From a virus (lineage: Duplodnaviria > Caudoviricetes), in IMG/VR virus record IMGVR_UViG_3300035491_000281: DNA of 64,000 nucleotides, one strand, 5' to 3'. Of the stretch, positions 37,909 through 47,178 are shown one piece after another. The notes beneath the pieces were generated by a model. The model made no database searches, was not told where the DNA came from, and was given only the letters and a program-made list of their open reading frames with translations. The translations under genes and the position numbers were made by a program. Positions within the stretch are counted from its first letter, which is position 1. Every line of letters starts with the position of its first letter.

Positions 37909-39441
37909 ATGACACCTATCGTTAAACTGGAAATCTATACCCACGGGGTCCGCATCAGCGGTTACACGCGGGACACTTTTCGACACCTCTCTCATTTTTT
38001 GGAAGGGTTGACCCTGAAAGAGCCCCGTCGCCTCCCCGCCCATCAAGGCGGGCACATGGTGATGGAATTGAAAAAGCGCTTTTATGGATTGGCTGAAAAC
38101 CATCGAGAGGCGTTCATTCATCGGCATCAACTGAAAGACCTGTTGAGCTTTCTGCGCGAACGCGGGATTCCACCGGAGCGCATTGAGCAGGTAGCCATTC
38201 CGGTACCGGTCGCCACCAAGGCGACGTTTCGCATCAAACCCCATTTCACACCGATGGATTACCAGGTGCCGATCATCGAAGCCCTGGCCGATTACACCAC
38301 CCACTCGCGTCGGTTGGATCTACAAACCGGCAAAGGTAAAACGTTCTCGGCACTGGCCGCAGTGGCCAAGCGCGGCGAACGTACTGTGATCATGCTGCCG
38401 CCGAAATACTTCGGCATCTGGACTAAAGCCCTGGCTGACGTCTACGAAGATATCGAGGGGCGTTACTGCACGGTGTCGGGCTCGGCGGAATTGCAGGCAC
38501 TGATCAACCAAGCCGTGGAAGGGGAGCTGGTCCATGACCTTTACCTGATCTCCTCGGTGACCTACCGGGGCTACCTGGAAGCCTACGAGAAGTTCGGCGA
38601 GAGCATCGTTGACATGGGCTACCTGGTACCACCGCCGCGCTTTCATGAGGCGCTGGGGGCGGGGATTCAGATCAACGATGAGTTCCAGGAAGACCCAGGT
38701 TTGGTGTTCCGCACCGACATCTTCAGCAACGTCGACAAGCAGATCTATCTGTCGGCAACGCCGTTCACCGGGAGTGACTTTGTCACCCGCATGATCGATG
38801 TGATGTTACCAGCGGAGACGGCCTGCCCGTTGCCGGAGTACGACCAGTACATCAACGTCATTGGTCTACTCTACAACGACCCTGGGATCACCTCCAAGGA
38901 CTTTCTGACACCCTTCAAGAATACCTACAACCATGCCCGCTACGAGACGCGTTTGCTCAAGCATCGTAAACGGCTGGATCGGTATTGTTCGATGGTGCGC
39001 AAGGTCATCACGGGCATCTACTACAAGGATCGGATTCCCGGGCAGAAGATCCTGGTGCTCTGCGCCACCGTGGAGTTCATCAAGCATCTAACCCAGTACC
39101 TCAATACCGCCTTCCCGGACTTGCGGGTGGGGATGCACGTGGCCGGCAGCGATTTCCGTAAGCTGGAAACCAACGACATCACCGTCTCGACCATCAAGTC
39201 TTCGGGGACCGGGGTGGATATTGCGGACTTGCGGGAAGTGCTGCTGCTGCAATCGACCGACTCGAAGAAGGACAACATCCAGATTCTCGGGCGACTGCGG
39301 CGAATGAAGAACTACCCTGACCATACCCCGCGGATGACGTACATGGTCTGCATGGACTGTCCGCAGAGCGTCAAGTATCACAACTCCAAGAAGGACCATT
39401 TCAATGGTCGGGCCTTGAACCACAAGGTCATGCGCATCTAG
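37909..39441 (+). CDS. Superfamily 2 (DEAD-like) helicase (gp75-like)
   Basis: Q-motif MDYQ, Walker A QTGKGKT, Walker B NDEFQE, motif III LSATP, SSGTGVDI and motif VI QILGRLRR. Confidence 0.9.
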   Translation: MTPIVKLEIYTHGVRISGYTRDTFRHLSHFLEGLTLKEPRRLPAHQGGHMVMELKKRFYGLAENHREAFIHRHQLKDLLSFLRERGIPPERIEQVAIPVPVATKATFRIKPHFTPMDYQVPIIEALADYTTHSRRLDLQTGKGKTFSALAAVAKRGERTVIMLPPKYFGIWTKALADVYEDIEGRYCTVSGSAELQALINQAVEGELVHDLYLISSVTYRGYLEAYEKFGESIVDMGYLVPPPRFHEALGAGIQINDEFQEDPGLVFRTDIFSNVDKQIYLSATPFTGSDFVTRMIDVMLPAETACPLPEYDQYINVIGLLYNDPGITSKDFLTPFKNTYNHARYETRLLKHRKRLDRYCSMVRKVITGIYYKDRIPGQKILVLCATVEFIKHLTQYLNTAFPDLRVGMHVAGSDFRKLETNDITVSTIKSSGTGVDIADLREVLLLQSTDSKKDNIQILGRLRRMKNYPDHTPRMTYMVCMDCPQSVKYHNSKKDHFNGRALNHKVMRI

Positions 39442-39447
39442 CGAACA

Positions 39448-39471
39448 CCCCTCCTTCGGGAGGGGTTTTTT
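39448..39471 (+). terminator. Intrinsic terminator
   Basis: CCCCTCC-TTCG-GGAGGGG followed by TTTTTT. Confidence 0.8.
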
Positions 39472-39521
39472 CTACGTAGTCGTTCAATGGTAAGAACACA
39501 CATAACCAACAGGAGTCACGT

Positions 39522-39908
39522 ATGTCTCTCGTTCTTCCTCCGGGGCAACTGGAAAGCTTCATCGGCACCTTTTATAAGGTCAATGCCAAACGCCCTCCGG
39601 CCAAACCCGAATACGCCGGTACCGGCGCTTTGGAGCGCTTGGTCATCGCCAAGGGCATGTTGCAGATGCACATCGGTGAGCAACAGGCGGTTGTGAATAT
39701 CCCGGACGCCGAGCAGGTGGATCAGGATACCTACCGGGCGCTCCTCCCGTTGCTGGTCAACCAGCTCGCGCAACTCTTGCAGGTCCCCCATCACAGCAGT
39801 GACATTGCCGGTGCGATGGAACGTTGTGGGTTGATTGCCTACTTCCAAGGCTCGACCTTGCGCATGAACCCGCTTACGCCCGGCTTTGGTGAGAGCGATC
39901 AGTTCTGA
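39522..39908 (+). CDS. Hypothetical protein
   Basis: AGGAG SD, 128 aa, flanked by hairpins. Confidence 0.65.
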   Translation: MSLVLPPGQLESFIGTFYKVNAKRPPAKPEYAGTGALERLVIAKGMLQMHIGEQQAVVNIPDAEQVDQDTYRALLPLLVNQLAQLLQVPHHSSDIAGAMERCGLIAYFQGSTLRMNPLTPGFGESDQF

Positions 39909-39998
39909 TTTAACCCCTCCCTTCGGGGAGGGTTTATGCCGCCGATTCTTTTTTTTTCATTTACGGTATGTCCAGCAGTAACCCAAAGGACCTTTTTC

Positions 39999-40817
39999 AT
40001 GCGTACGCTAATCAAGCGTGGTAACACGCAGGACAACAACGGTTTAGTTTTACTACCAGGTGAACTTTCGATCGATACCGAGAAGAAAGCCCTGCGGATT
40101 CATGATGGCCTCACCCCCGGGGGGTTTGAGGCGGTAGGGGTACAGGCATTTGTTCCACCGGTTGGACCGGGTCCCAAAACCCTAGCTGTAGGAACAACCG
40201 ACCACGGCTGGTACGGTGAGGTTGCTAGCGCTGACTTGATCGACGGCACGGCATTGGCCGCTTTGGTTGGATTGAGTGCTGGTACTGCGCAAGAGTCTAC
40301 TAGCGGATGGCTGAAATTTGCTTTGAACGGTAAAGTGTTGTTCGTTGCTAAACGACCGCTGCGACACACCGTGAGCTGGAACCAGCTCGACCAGGCGGGG
40401 GTGGTGTACGGCAAAGAAGTCACGATCGGTACGGATCGGTTTCTGGTGCGTTTGATCCGCGGTGCTAACAGTGACCCTACCGTTGGGCAAACGGGTTACG
40501 ACATGCCTTTGACCCACGGCTCCGAATGGAACCGCTTGATGTACCATGTGCATGACGGCGTGCATGGCAACAACAGCAATACCATGGCATCGGAAGGCAT
40601 CACCGTGGGCGACTTCGCACAGTACGCCGACGCCGATCTGTTTGTTAGAACCGGTAACGGTCGATTGACCATTTGTCAGGAACGTATCTCGACTATCGAT
40701 TCTGTGGACCGCTTGTATCGCGGCCATAACGGCATCTCATCGTCAGGAGCTGTAAACGCAACACAGACCCCGTCGATTGCCTATGGCTGGCGTCCGGTGT
40801 TGGAATTGATCCCGTAA
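39999..40817 (+). CDS. Putative virion/tail-fibre-associated protein (Mtd-N-like leader, lectin-like C-terminus)
   Basis: RGNTQDNNGLVLLPGELSIDTEKKALRIHDGLTPGG resembles the major-tropism-determinant N-domain. GWYGEV...WLKF...LFVAKRPLRHTVSW...GWRPVLEL follows. Confidence 0.65.
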   Translation: MRTLIKRGNTQDNNGLVLLPGELSIDTEKKALRIHDGLTPGGFEAVGVQAFVPPVGPGPKTLAVGTTDHGWYGEVASADLIDGTALAALVGLSAGTAQESTSGWLKFALNGKVLFVAKRPLRHTVSWNQLDQAGVVYGKEVTIGTDRFLVRLIRGANSDPTVGQTGYDMPLTHGSEWNRLMYHVHDGVHGNNSNTMASEGITVGDFAQYADADLFVRTGNGRLTICQERISTIDSVDRLYRGHNGISSSGAVNATQTPSIAYGWRPVLELIP

Positions 40818-40859
40818 CACGACATAGACCCCTCCCCGTGTGGGGAGGGGCTTATGCTG

Positions 40860-41336
40860 TTAGTTACCGGTGAAATCCAGATCCAGTTGGCGTTGCACCG
40901 ACCGGTGGGTGGATTCGGTTTGCGTGGCATCGGCCCGACAGATGTCGTAGAGCAATTCAGTCACGAACGGTGGCAACTCCAGAAACTCACTCAGGGATAA
41001 GCCGAAGTGTTTCGTGATCTGGTAGTTGTAGAACTTGCGAATGTGACTGAACAACGGCCCACCTTCCATGACATCCTCTTTGGGGTGCATGGCGACCAGA
41101 GCCAACGGGCGATCCGGTCGGGGGCGGTCGTGTGGGTGGATACCGTACTCGGTTTGGTAGCAGCTAAGTGTGATGATCTCAGCCGCCGTAGGGCGCACCG
41201 CTGGGAGCTCTTGGAGGAGCACATCCAGCTGACCTTTCTTACTTAGGTGACTCAGTCCGAAGCTGGAAAACGCCACATGCCCGTTTCGATCGTTCAGGTC
41301 AAGCGTCAAACGACTGAACCGGGCATCGGTGTTCAC
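40860..41336 (-). CDS. Small conserved protein, possibly a baseplate hub assembly factor (T4 gp51-like)
   Basis: FGLSLSEFLELP motif, coupled to the upstream Zn-ribbon gene; function inferred. Confidence 0.4.
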   Translation of the reverse strand: MNTDARFSRLTLDLNDRNGHVAFSSFGLSHLSKKGQLDVLLQELPAVRPTAAEIITLSCYQTEYGIHPHDRPRPDRPLALVAMHPKEDVMEGGPLFSHIRKFYNYQITKHFGLSLSEFLELPPFVTELLYDICRADATQTESTHRSVQRQLDLDFTGN

Positions 41337-41344
41337 CTCAGGGG

Positions 41345-42967
41345 CTAGCTGTGCTTCAGGCTGACCATCGTAAAAAAAGTGGTCAGGACGTCCAGGGGCA
41401 CCAAGTGGTTGAAGCGTTCATGGAACTTCTTCGCCGCCGGCGAGTGGCACGCCGGGCAGTTGAAGGACGGGATTGCCACCATGCTGATTAGGCTGTCGTC
41501 CATGAAGCGGTCAACTTCCTCGAAGAACCGCTTCTCGAATTCGTCCGTCGAGAACACGTGGCTCAGCGCCTCGTTGATCACTTCGAGCTCATCCGACAGC
41601 AGGCTTTCTTCCCCGTTCTCATCACGTTCCCAGATATCGGCAATCCAGTGCGCGTACTGCCGCGCGGTGGTTGCCATCCCCAGCTGGGTGATGTAGTTAT
41701 TGCGGTTCTCGCCATGCGGTGGTTCGTTGAACGCCCCTTGGGTCATGTCGATGATACCGCCGATCCAGGCACGCCCTGCTTCCTCGTACTCCTGCACCGT
41801 AGGTACTTTCAGCGTCAAGCCGATGTCATCGAACCAGACCAGGCGCTTGTTGCCACGGGTGTGTTCAGCCAGATAGAGCTTATGCTCTTCGTCGCTGAGA
41901 CGTTGGAAGCGCTTAGCCATCAGCTTGCGCTGAGTTTGGCTGAGCGAAACAGAGTCAGTCCAGAACAGGCGGTTGAGGTTGAGGGTTTCCTTGGTGATGT
42001 GCTGGCAGTTATCCGGATCGGCCACGCAGGGGTGTGCGTAGGGATAGCCTTTCGGGAACAGGGTTACCGCCAGACCCCACAGTAGCACCGGCGCATCCAG
42101 CAAACTGATCTTTTCCTTGAGGTCACTCGGCGTGCTGTAATGAATGTTGGCATCGATCACGTACTGCAGTGTGAAATCCACCACCAGCGACGTCAGCGCC
42201 TGCGCTGTGTTGGAGAACGCCAGCCCTTTGGAGTCCGAGCCCAGCGAAACCCGCAGTTGAGCCAGCTGATAACGCAGGCTCGACAATGCTGCCAACGTCG
42301 GGGTCTTCAAACGAACCCAGACACCACTGTGGTACAGCGGGACGTCGAACGCGGTACCCACCCCAGTCCGGCGCGAGATATAAGTCAACATCTCGCTGGC
42401 GTTATGTTTACCACCCCCAACCTTCTGCTTCGGGATGCCGGCGCGCAACCCGATACCTTCATGTTCGAGCACCTGACGCCAGTCGCTGCCGTCGCGGGCG
42501 AGGCTGTCCTCACCCATCAGGTTAACCTGGGCATGCGGTAGTGCAGACATGACCGTGCGGAACCATGCGCTGCCCTCGTCCTCCGAAGGCCCACGCCCCA
42601 CGGCACGGAGTTTCTTCGCCAGCTGTTCCTCGCGCTTATTGATGTTCTCCAACAGATCGTTGGAGCGTTCCAGCACCGCCCCCACGGTGCTGTACGCTTC
42701 ACGCAGAATCGCAACCATCTCACCCAGCTCGGCTTCCTTGGTGAGTGGGGACGTAGTGGGTAGCTCTTCTTTAAAATTCACAGCGCGCTGTTCCGGAATG
42801 TAGATCTCCGGTACCGCTTCGTCGTCCGCAGTCTCGGGAGATTCTACCGGGGTATGGTTTCCTGGAGCCTCGGTTTCGATGACCGGATCGACCTGGTTCA
42901 ACGGCACTGTGGTATCCGCAGTGTTGATCGCCGTTTCGCTTTGAGTTTGATTATCCTGCATTTCCAT
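41345..42967 (-). CDS. Conserved core protein (gp77-like), possibly T4 gp26-like hub assembly protein
   Basis: About 540 aa, acidic N-terminus, C-terminal Zn ribbon FNCPACHS. Confidence 0.5.
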   Translation of the reverse strand: MEMQDNQTQSETAINTADTTVPLNQVDPVIETEAPGNHTPVESPETADDEAVPEIYIPEQRAVNFKEELPTTSPLTKEAELGEMVAILREAYSTVGAVLERSNDLLENINKREEQLAKKLRAVGRGPSEDEGSAWFRTVMSALPHAQVNLMGEDSLARDGSDWRQVLEHEGIGLRAGIPKQKVGGGKHNASEMLTYISRRTGVGTAFDVPLYHSGVWVRLKTPTLAALSSLRYQLAQLRVSLGSDSKGLAFSNTAQALTSLVVDFTLQYVIDANIHYSTPSDLKEKISLLDAPVLLWGLAVTLFPKGYPYAHPCVADPDNCQHITKETLNLNRLFWTDSVSLSQTQRKLMAKRFQRLSDEEHKLYLAEHTRGNKRLVWFDDIGLTLKVPTVQEYEEAGRAWIGGIIDMTQGAFNEPPHGENRNNYITQLGMATTARQYAHWIADIWERDENGEESLLSDELEVINEALSHVFSTDEFEKRFFEEVDRFMDDSLISMVAIPSFNCPACHSPAAKKFHERFNHLVPLDVLTTFFTMVSLKHS

Positions 42968-42977
42968 TCTTAAATCC

Positions 42978-43532
42978 TTAAGCGACTGCTTCCAGGGACA
43001 GCATGTCACCATGCTCGGCTTTGATGACGTCGATCAGCGTGAAGATCAGCGGGGCGATCACCGATTCGAAATAGGAGATCAGGTTGCTGTAGTTTTGGCT
43101 GATCGCGAAAATGGTCGGCCAGTCAGCTTCGGTCGGCGTGCCGGTTTTACCTTGGTGCTGGGCTTGAATTCCGTCGAGCTGCAGCTTGAACGCCTGGATG
43201 TCGTTGAGCAGCGTGCTGAAGCTGCGCTGGAAGCCGTCCGGGTCATTCAGCTTTTCTTTCAGGACCGACATCTGCGCCAGTACCGGGACAGTGAATCCGC
43301 GGGTATGGAGCAGCTTGTTAGCGCACTCCAGGTAAAGGGAGTTGAGAATATCCCAGCTCTGCTCGGATTTCAGCAGATGATCGGCCACAGCGGCTTGAAC
43401 CTCTTCGACGTTGTCTTTGTTGATATCGAGTGATACTTCTTCCATCGCTACGTTTTCACCAGCGATGTTCTCGTGAACGGAAACCGCCAGCGGCGAGGGG
43501 TTCAGGTTGGTAGTGTTCTTTTCGGCAGACAT
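42978..43532 (-). CDS. Hypothetical helical protein (gp78-like)
   Basis: GGAG SD, 184 aa. Confidence 0.65.
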   Translation of the reverse strand: MSAEKNTTNLNPSPLAVSVHENIAGENVAMEEVSLDINKDNVEEVQAAVADHLLKSEQSWDILNSLYLECANKLLHTRGFTVPVLAQMSVLKEKLNDPDGFQRSFSTLLNDIQAFKLQLDGIQAQHQGKTGTPTEADWPTIFAISQNYSNLISYFESVIAPLIFTLIDVIKAEHGDMLSLEAVA

Positions 43533-43685
43533 TGGTTTCTAGCTCCGGGTAGTGCAGGCAAGTCGTGTTTGGGTGTTAGCGGCGAACCATCATATATTAC
43601 CTTATTAGCGTAGTTTCATGTTTACTAACCATTACAGTTCGACGTAACGGTATGTCAACAGTACTTTATGCCCTTGGGAGCTGTC

Positions 43686-44525
43686 ATGAACGAAGAATTG
43701 CAATTGGCCTTGGCGGGCGTGGTCAGTCCGGAGCGACTGGAGGTGATTTTGCAGGGACAGCGCCTAATCAACGACCTGGGTCTGACGACCGCGGATGATG
43801 AGCTGCAGCAGATCTTTGGTCTGCAGGATGGCATCTCCGATAATCAGCTGTTTGTATCACGAATCGAAGACTGCCTGTTGCTGGCTGTGGGTGACAGCTT
43901 GCGTCAGTACGGCATCACCGTCGCCGAGCATACCCCCTTCGCGATGATGGTGGGGATTCTGCACGCAGTCAGTCAGTTCGAATACTACATTCTGCCGGAA
44001 ACTCTGCTCGATCTTACCAGTGGTACTGACGACAGCGAAGTATTGCTGGCCGGCTTGGTGCCGTTGTTCAGCGAGCTGCAGCGAGAGGAGGTACTGGAGT
44101 ATTTGACTGCGGTCGAAGCATCCACTATTGCTCGCATTCGTCAGATTGCCAGTGACCACTTGGCCCTGCGTGAAGTCACCGTCACCCGCCCCGATGACTA
44201 TCATCAGCGCATCCGGATTCTGAACGGCATGCTGCGCCGCAGCCTGAATGCCCACCCGCAGGTAGTATTGCAGTTGGCCAAAAACGGTATCCATGCCGGG
44301 TTGCCGGTTGGTGAATTGCTGGAGCAGGCGTTGGATGACCTCGACGCGCTCAAGCTCGAAGCTGCCGCGCGCGAGATCGTCGCCTTGGTCTACTTCAGCG
44401 ATACACCCCTGGACGATATCTGGCACACTACGGTTGAAACCATCCGCGACTACGTCGATGAGTACCGTGACCAGGTCCGTATGGAAGCGGCGGCAGAAGA
44501 CTTCTATCAGAGTGTGAAGGAATAA
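43686..44525 (+). CDS. Conserved protein upstream of the vRNAP beta' fragment (gp79-like)
   Basis: GGGAG SD, synteny. Confidence 0.6.
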   Translation: MNEELQLALAGVVSPERLEVILQGQRLINDLGLTTADDELQQIFGLQDGISDNQLFVSRIEDCLLLAVGDSLRQYGITVAEHTPFAMMVGILHAVSQFEYYILPETLLDLTSGTDDSEVLLAGLVPLFSELQREEVLEYLTAVEASTIARIRQIASDHLALREVTVTRPDDYHQRIRILNGMLRRSLNAHPQVVLQLAKNGIHAGLPVGELLEQALDDLDALKLEAAAREIVALVYFSDTPLDDIWHTTVETIRDYVDEYRDQVRMEAAAEDFYQSVKE

Positions 44526-44529
44526 CCCC

Positions 44530-45858
44530 ATGGAAAAACGTGAGTTTTTCATCAAGGCCCTCCAGGCCGGAGCGTGTAAAAAACGCTCCTGGGTCAACAG
44601 CGTGTTCGGGATTGTAGAAGAAACTCCCGAGGCGTACCATGCCGACCTGTACCCGTACCGAGTGGTGCGCGTACCGGATTCGGATCGGGTCCATTACCTC
44701 GACCCCGACGACCTATCCCTGCAGGTGATTGACGACAGTGATGCGAGTCAGCCGCTGTGTGCGTTTCGCGAGCCGCTAACCATCCACCCGGGTGAGGTGG
44801 CTAACTACACCAAACCCGAGCCGTTGGTGACCAGCTACGGCAATGCCTTGGTCAACACCATTGTACTGGTGTTGCCGTTCGGCGCGGCCATCGAATACCA
44901 GACCGGACATATCCAGATTGGTAAGATTGAAAAGCGCATCCTGGACATGCTGATTGACGATCCGATCGATGACGACGGCGTCTCTCCGCCACCGGCGGGT
45001 AAGGTGTATGTGCGCCAATACTTGACTTTCTGCGATAACGCGCTGTCTATGGTAGCGTACGCCTCCCTGGCCGTGACCTCAGTGTCCTACAAGGCCATGA
45101 TGGGTCATCCGGATGCCCGTAAGGTTCGGGCTGAGCAGGTGGAGAAATACAAGGATAAGCTGGCCGACCCCGCCATTGTCGCCCGCATCGGCCAGGTGCT
45201 GGAGGACCTTGATCGCGATTGGCTCAAGGGTGATCCAGCGGCTGATTTCTACGCGGTTAAGGCCAACAAGTATTACGGGGATGTGCGTAAGCGCCTGTAC
45301 TACATGTTCGGTGGCGAGTCGCCGTTCCAAGACGGCACCAGCGTGGAGTTCATCCAGAAGTCACTGGAGGAAGGGATCGACACCGACCACATGCCGGCGA
45401 TGATCAACTCGATCCGTTCGGGTTCCTACAGTCGGGGTAGTCAGACTCAGATGGGGGGCGAGCAGACCAAGACCATCTACCGCATGCTGGGCACGGTACG
45501 CATCGCCGAAGATGACTGCGGCACGACGCTTGGGATTCCTACCGATATTACGGCCGCAAATAAAGGACAGTACCTTGGCTACTGGGTTATCGCTAACGGT
45601 AAGAGCGTACTGCTCGATGAGCATAACGTCGACTCCTTCGTTGGCAAGTTTCCGCAGCTACGCGGGCCGTTGACGTGCAAAACCGAAGGCAAGAACGTCT
45701 GCAGTCGCTGTGTGGGTATGGCCCTATCGGAACAACCCAACGGGATTCCGGCAGCGGCGGCAGGTCTGGGGGGTCGCTTCCTGACCCTCTTCCTCAAGAA
45801 AATGCATGCCAGCTCGCTCAGCACCGCCAAGTGGGATATGGCTAAGCGCCTGACCTAA
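44530..45858 (+). CDS. Virion RNA polymerase beta' fragment (phiKZ gp80-like)
   Basis: Bridge-helix region SQTQMGGEQTKTIYR, AEDDCGT, Zn motif RGPLTCK...VCSRCVG and trigger-loop-like AAAGLGGRFLTLFLKKMH. Confidence 0.88.
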   Translation: MEKREFFIKALQAGACKKRSWVNSVFGIVEETPEAYHADLYPYRVVRVPDSDRVHYLDPDDLSLQVIDDSDASQPLCAFREPLTIHPGEVANYTKPEPLVTSYGNALVNTIVLVLPFGAAIEYQTGHIQIGKIEKRILDMLIDDPIDDDGVSPPPAGKVYVRQYLTFCDNALSMVAYASLAVTSVSYKAMMGHPDARKVRAEQVEKYKDKLADPAIVARIGQVLEDLDRDWLKGDPAADFYAVKANKYYGDVRKRLYYMFGGESPFQDGTSVEFIQKSLEEGIDTDHMPAMINSIRSGSYSRGSQTQMGGEQTKTIYRMLGTVRIAEDDCGTTLGIPTDITAANKGQYLGYWVIANGKSVLLDEHNVDSFVGKFPQLRGPLTCKTEGKNVCSRCVGMALSEQPNGIPAAAAGLGGRFLTLFLKKMHASSLSTAKWDMAKRLT

Positions 45859-45941
45859 GCGTCTTATTTATTGAATACCGAAGGGGTCTGCGGACCCCGC
45901 CGTTTCGGACCACCGCCCCAGACTCCACAGGAGCCTCTCTC

Positions 45942-47114
45942 ATGAGCGAACAAAACGAAACCATCCAACCCTCCGACGAAACCCTGAACGAGGCGCCAGC
46001 GCCCGAACAGAACGGTTCTGAGGAGGTAGTTGAGCCTTCCACCGACGTATCCGCGAGCGAAGCGGTCGATGCAACCGCAGAACAGGTGTCTCTGCGTGCA
46101 GTGCACCAACTGCCGGACGACTGGACCGACGCCGATATCGACCAGTGGGCGAAACTGCAATCGGCTGACGCACCGGTGCGGACCGAAGCTGGCCTGCTGG
46201 TGGTTGACCCGACCCGTAACCGTCGTGCGCTGCGTGACTGGTCCACCGCCGAACTGCTGGCAACCCTGAAGGGCGAGCTGGTCGGGGTCGCGGATCGTCT
46301 ACTCGGTCCGATCGTCAAGGAATACGGTCGTCGCGAGAAACTCGAAGCCGCCTGGTCGGAACAGCAGGTTTTGGCATTCTTCCGTGAGGGTGTGGAACCG
46401 GCCAAGACCACCAATGGGGTCTGGGTCCAGGACATCACCCGCGCTAACCGTCAGGCCAACGAATGGTCCGACGCCGAACTGCACGCTTGGGCGCTGGGTG
46501 AGATCAAGGCCATTGGCAAGACCACCGACATGAAGCTGGCCCGCGAACTCACGGCCCGGTTCAAACTGGCGGGCGCGGACAACGTCGAGGTCATCCTCAA
46601 ACAGTACCAGCACAAACAATCCACCCTCGCCACCCCCGCGGAAGCACCTGTTGCTGCCGAGGCGCCCGTGGCCGAACCCGAGGTAGGGGCACTTACACCC
46701 ATGAACGTCAGCTTTATCGACAACACCCTGGCTCGTTATGCCGAACAAGTCATGCCCGGCAAACCGACCTCCGAAGAAACCGGCGCCGCAGCGCAACGTG
46801 CCCTCGACAACGTGTTCCAGTACGTCCTGCGCCTGGAAGGTCAAGCCCTGCTCGACGGCCTGCAGCGCATCAAGGCGTTCGTGGCGAAGCACCGCTCCAC
46901 GCTGTTTGCTCCGAGCTATGCCTACCGTTTCACCCACCTGATCAAGGGCGACCGCAAGACTCAACAGAAGCACGTACACTTCATCGAGCTGTTCGTGATC
47001 GTCACTGATTCCAACAAGGCGGTACGCAAGCAGGTGGACATTCGTCACCTGCTGGCCGGTCACAAGCCGGAGCAGATCGACGCGTTGGTGGATTACTTCA
47101 CCAACTACGCCTGA
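45942..47114 (+). CDS. Hypothetical protein with an internal duplicated Trp-rich module
   Basis: AGGAG SD, strong codon bias, acidic N-terminus, two similar modules 77 aa apart. Confidence 0.7.
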   Translation: MSEQNETIQPSDETLNEAPAPEQNGSEEVVEPSTDVSASEAVDATAEQVSLRAVHQLPDDWTDADIDQWAKLQSADAPVRTEAGLLVVDPTRNRRALRDWSTAELLATLKGELVGVADRLLGPIVKEYGRREKLEAAWSEQQVLAFFREGVEPAKTTNGVWVQDITRANRQANEWSDAELHAWALGEIKAIGKTTDMKLARELTARFKLAGADNVEVILKQYQHKQSTLATPAEAPVAAEAPVAEPEVGALTPMNVSFIDNTLARYAEQVMPGKPTSEETGAAAQRALDNVFQYVLRLEGQALLDGLQRIKAFVAKHRSTLFAPSYAYRFTHLIKGDRKTQQKHVHFIELFVIVTDSNKAVRKQVDIRHLLAGHKPEQIDALVDYFTNYA

Positions 47115-47127
47115 TGCCACACCCGCT

Positions 47128-47151
47128 GGGGGAACTTCGGTTCCCCCTTTT
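47128..47151 (+). terminator. Intrinsic terminator
   Basis: GGGGGAAC-TTCG-GTTCCCCC followed by TTTT. Confidence 0.75.
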
Positions 47152-47178
47152 ATCCCGACCCCACTAGGATTTTTGGTC

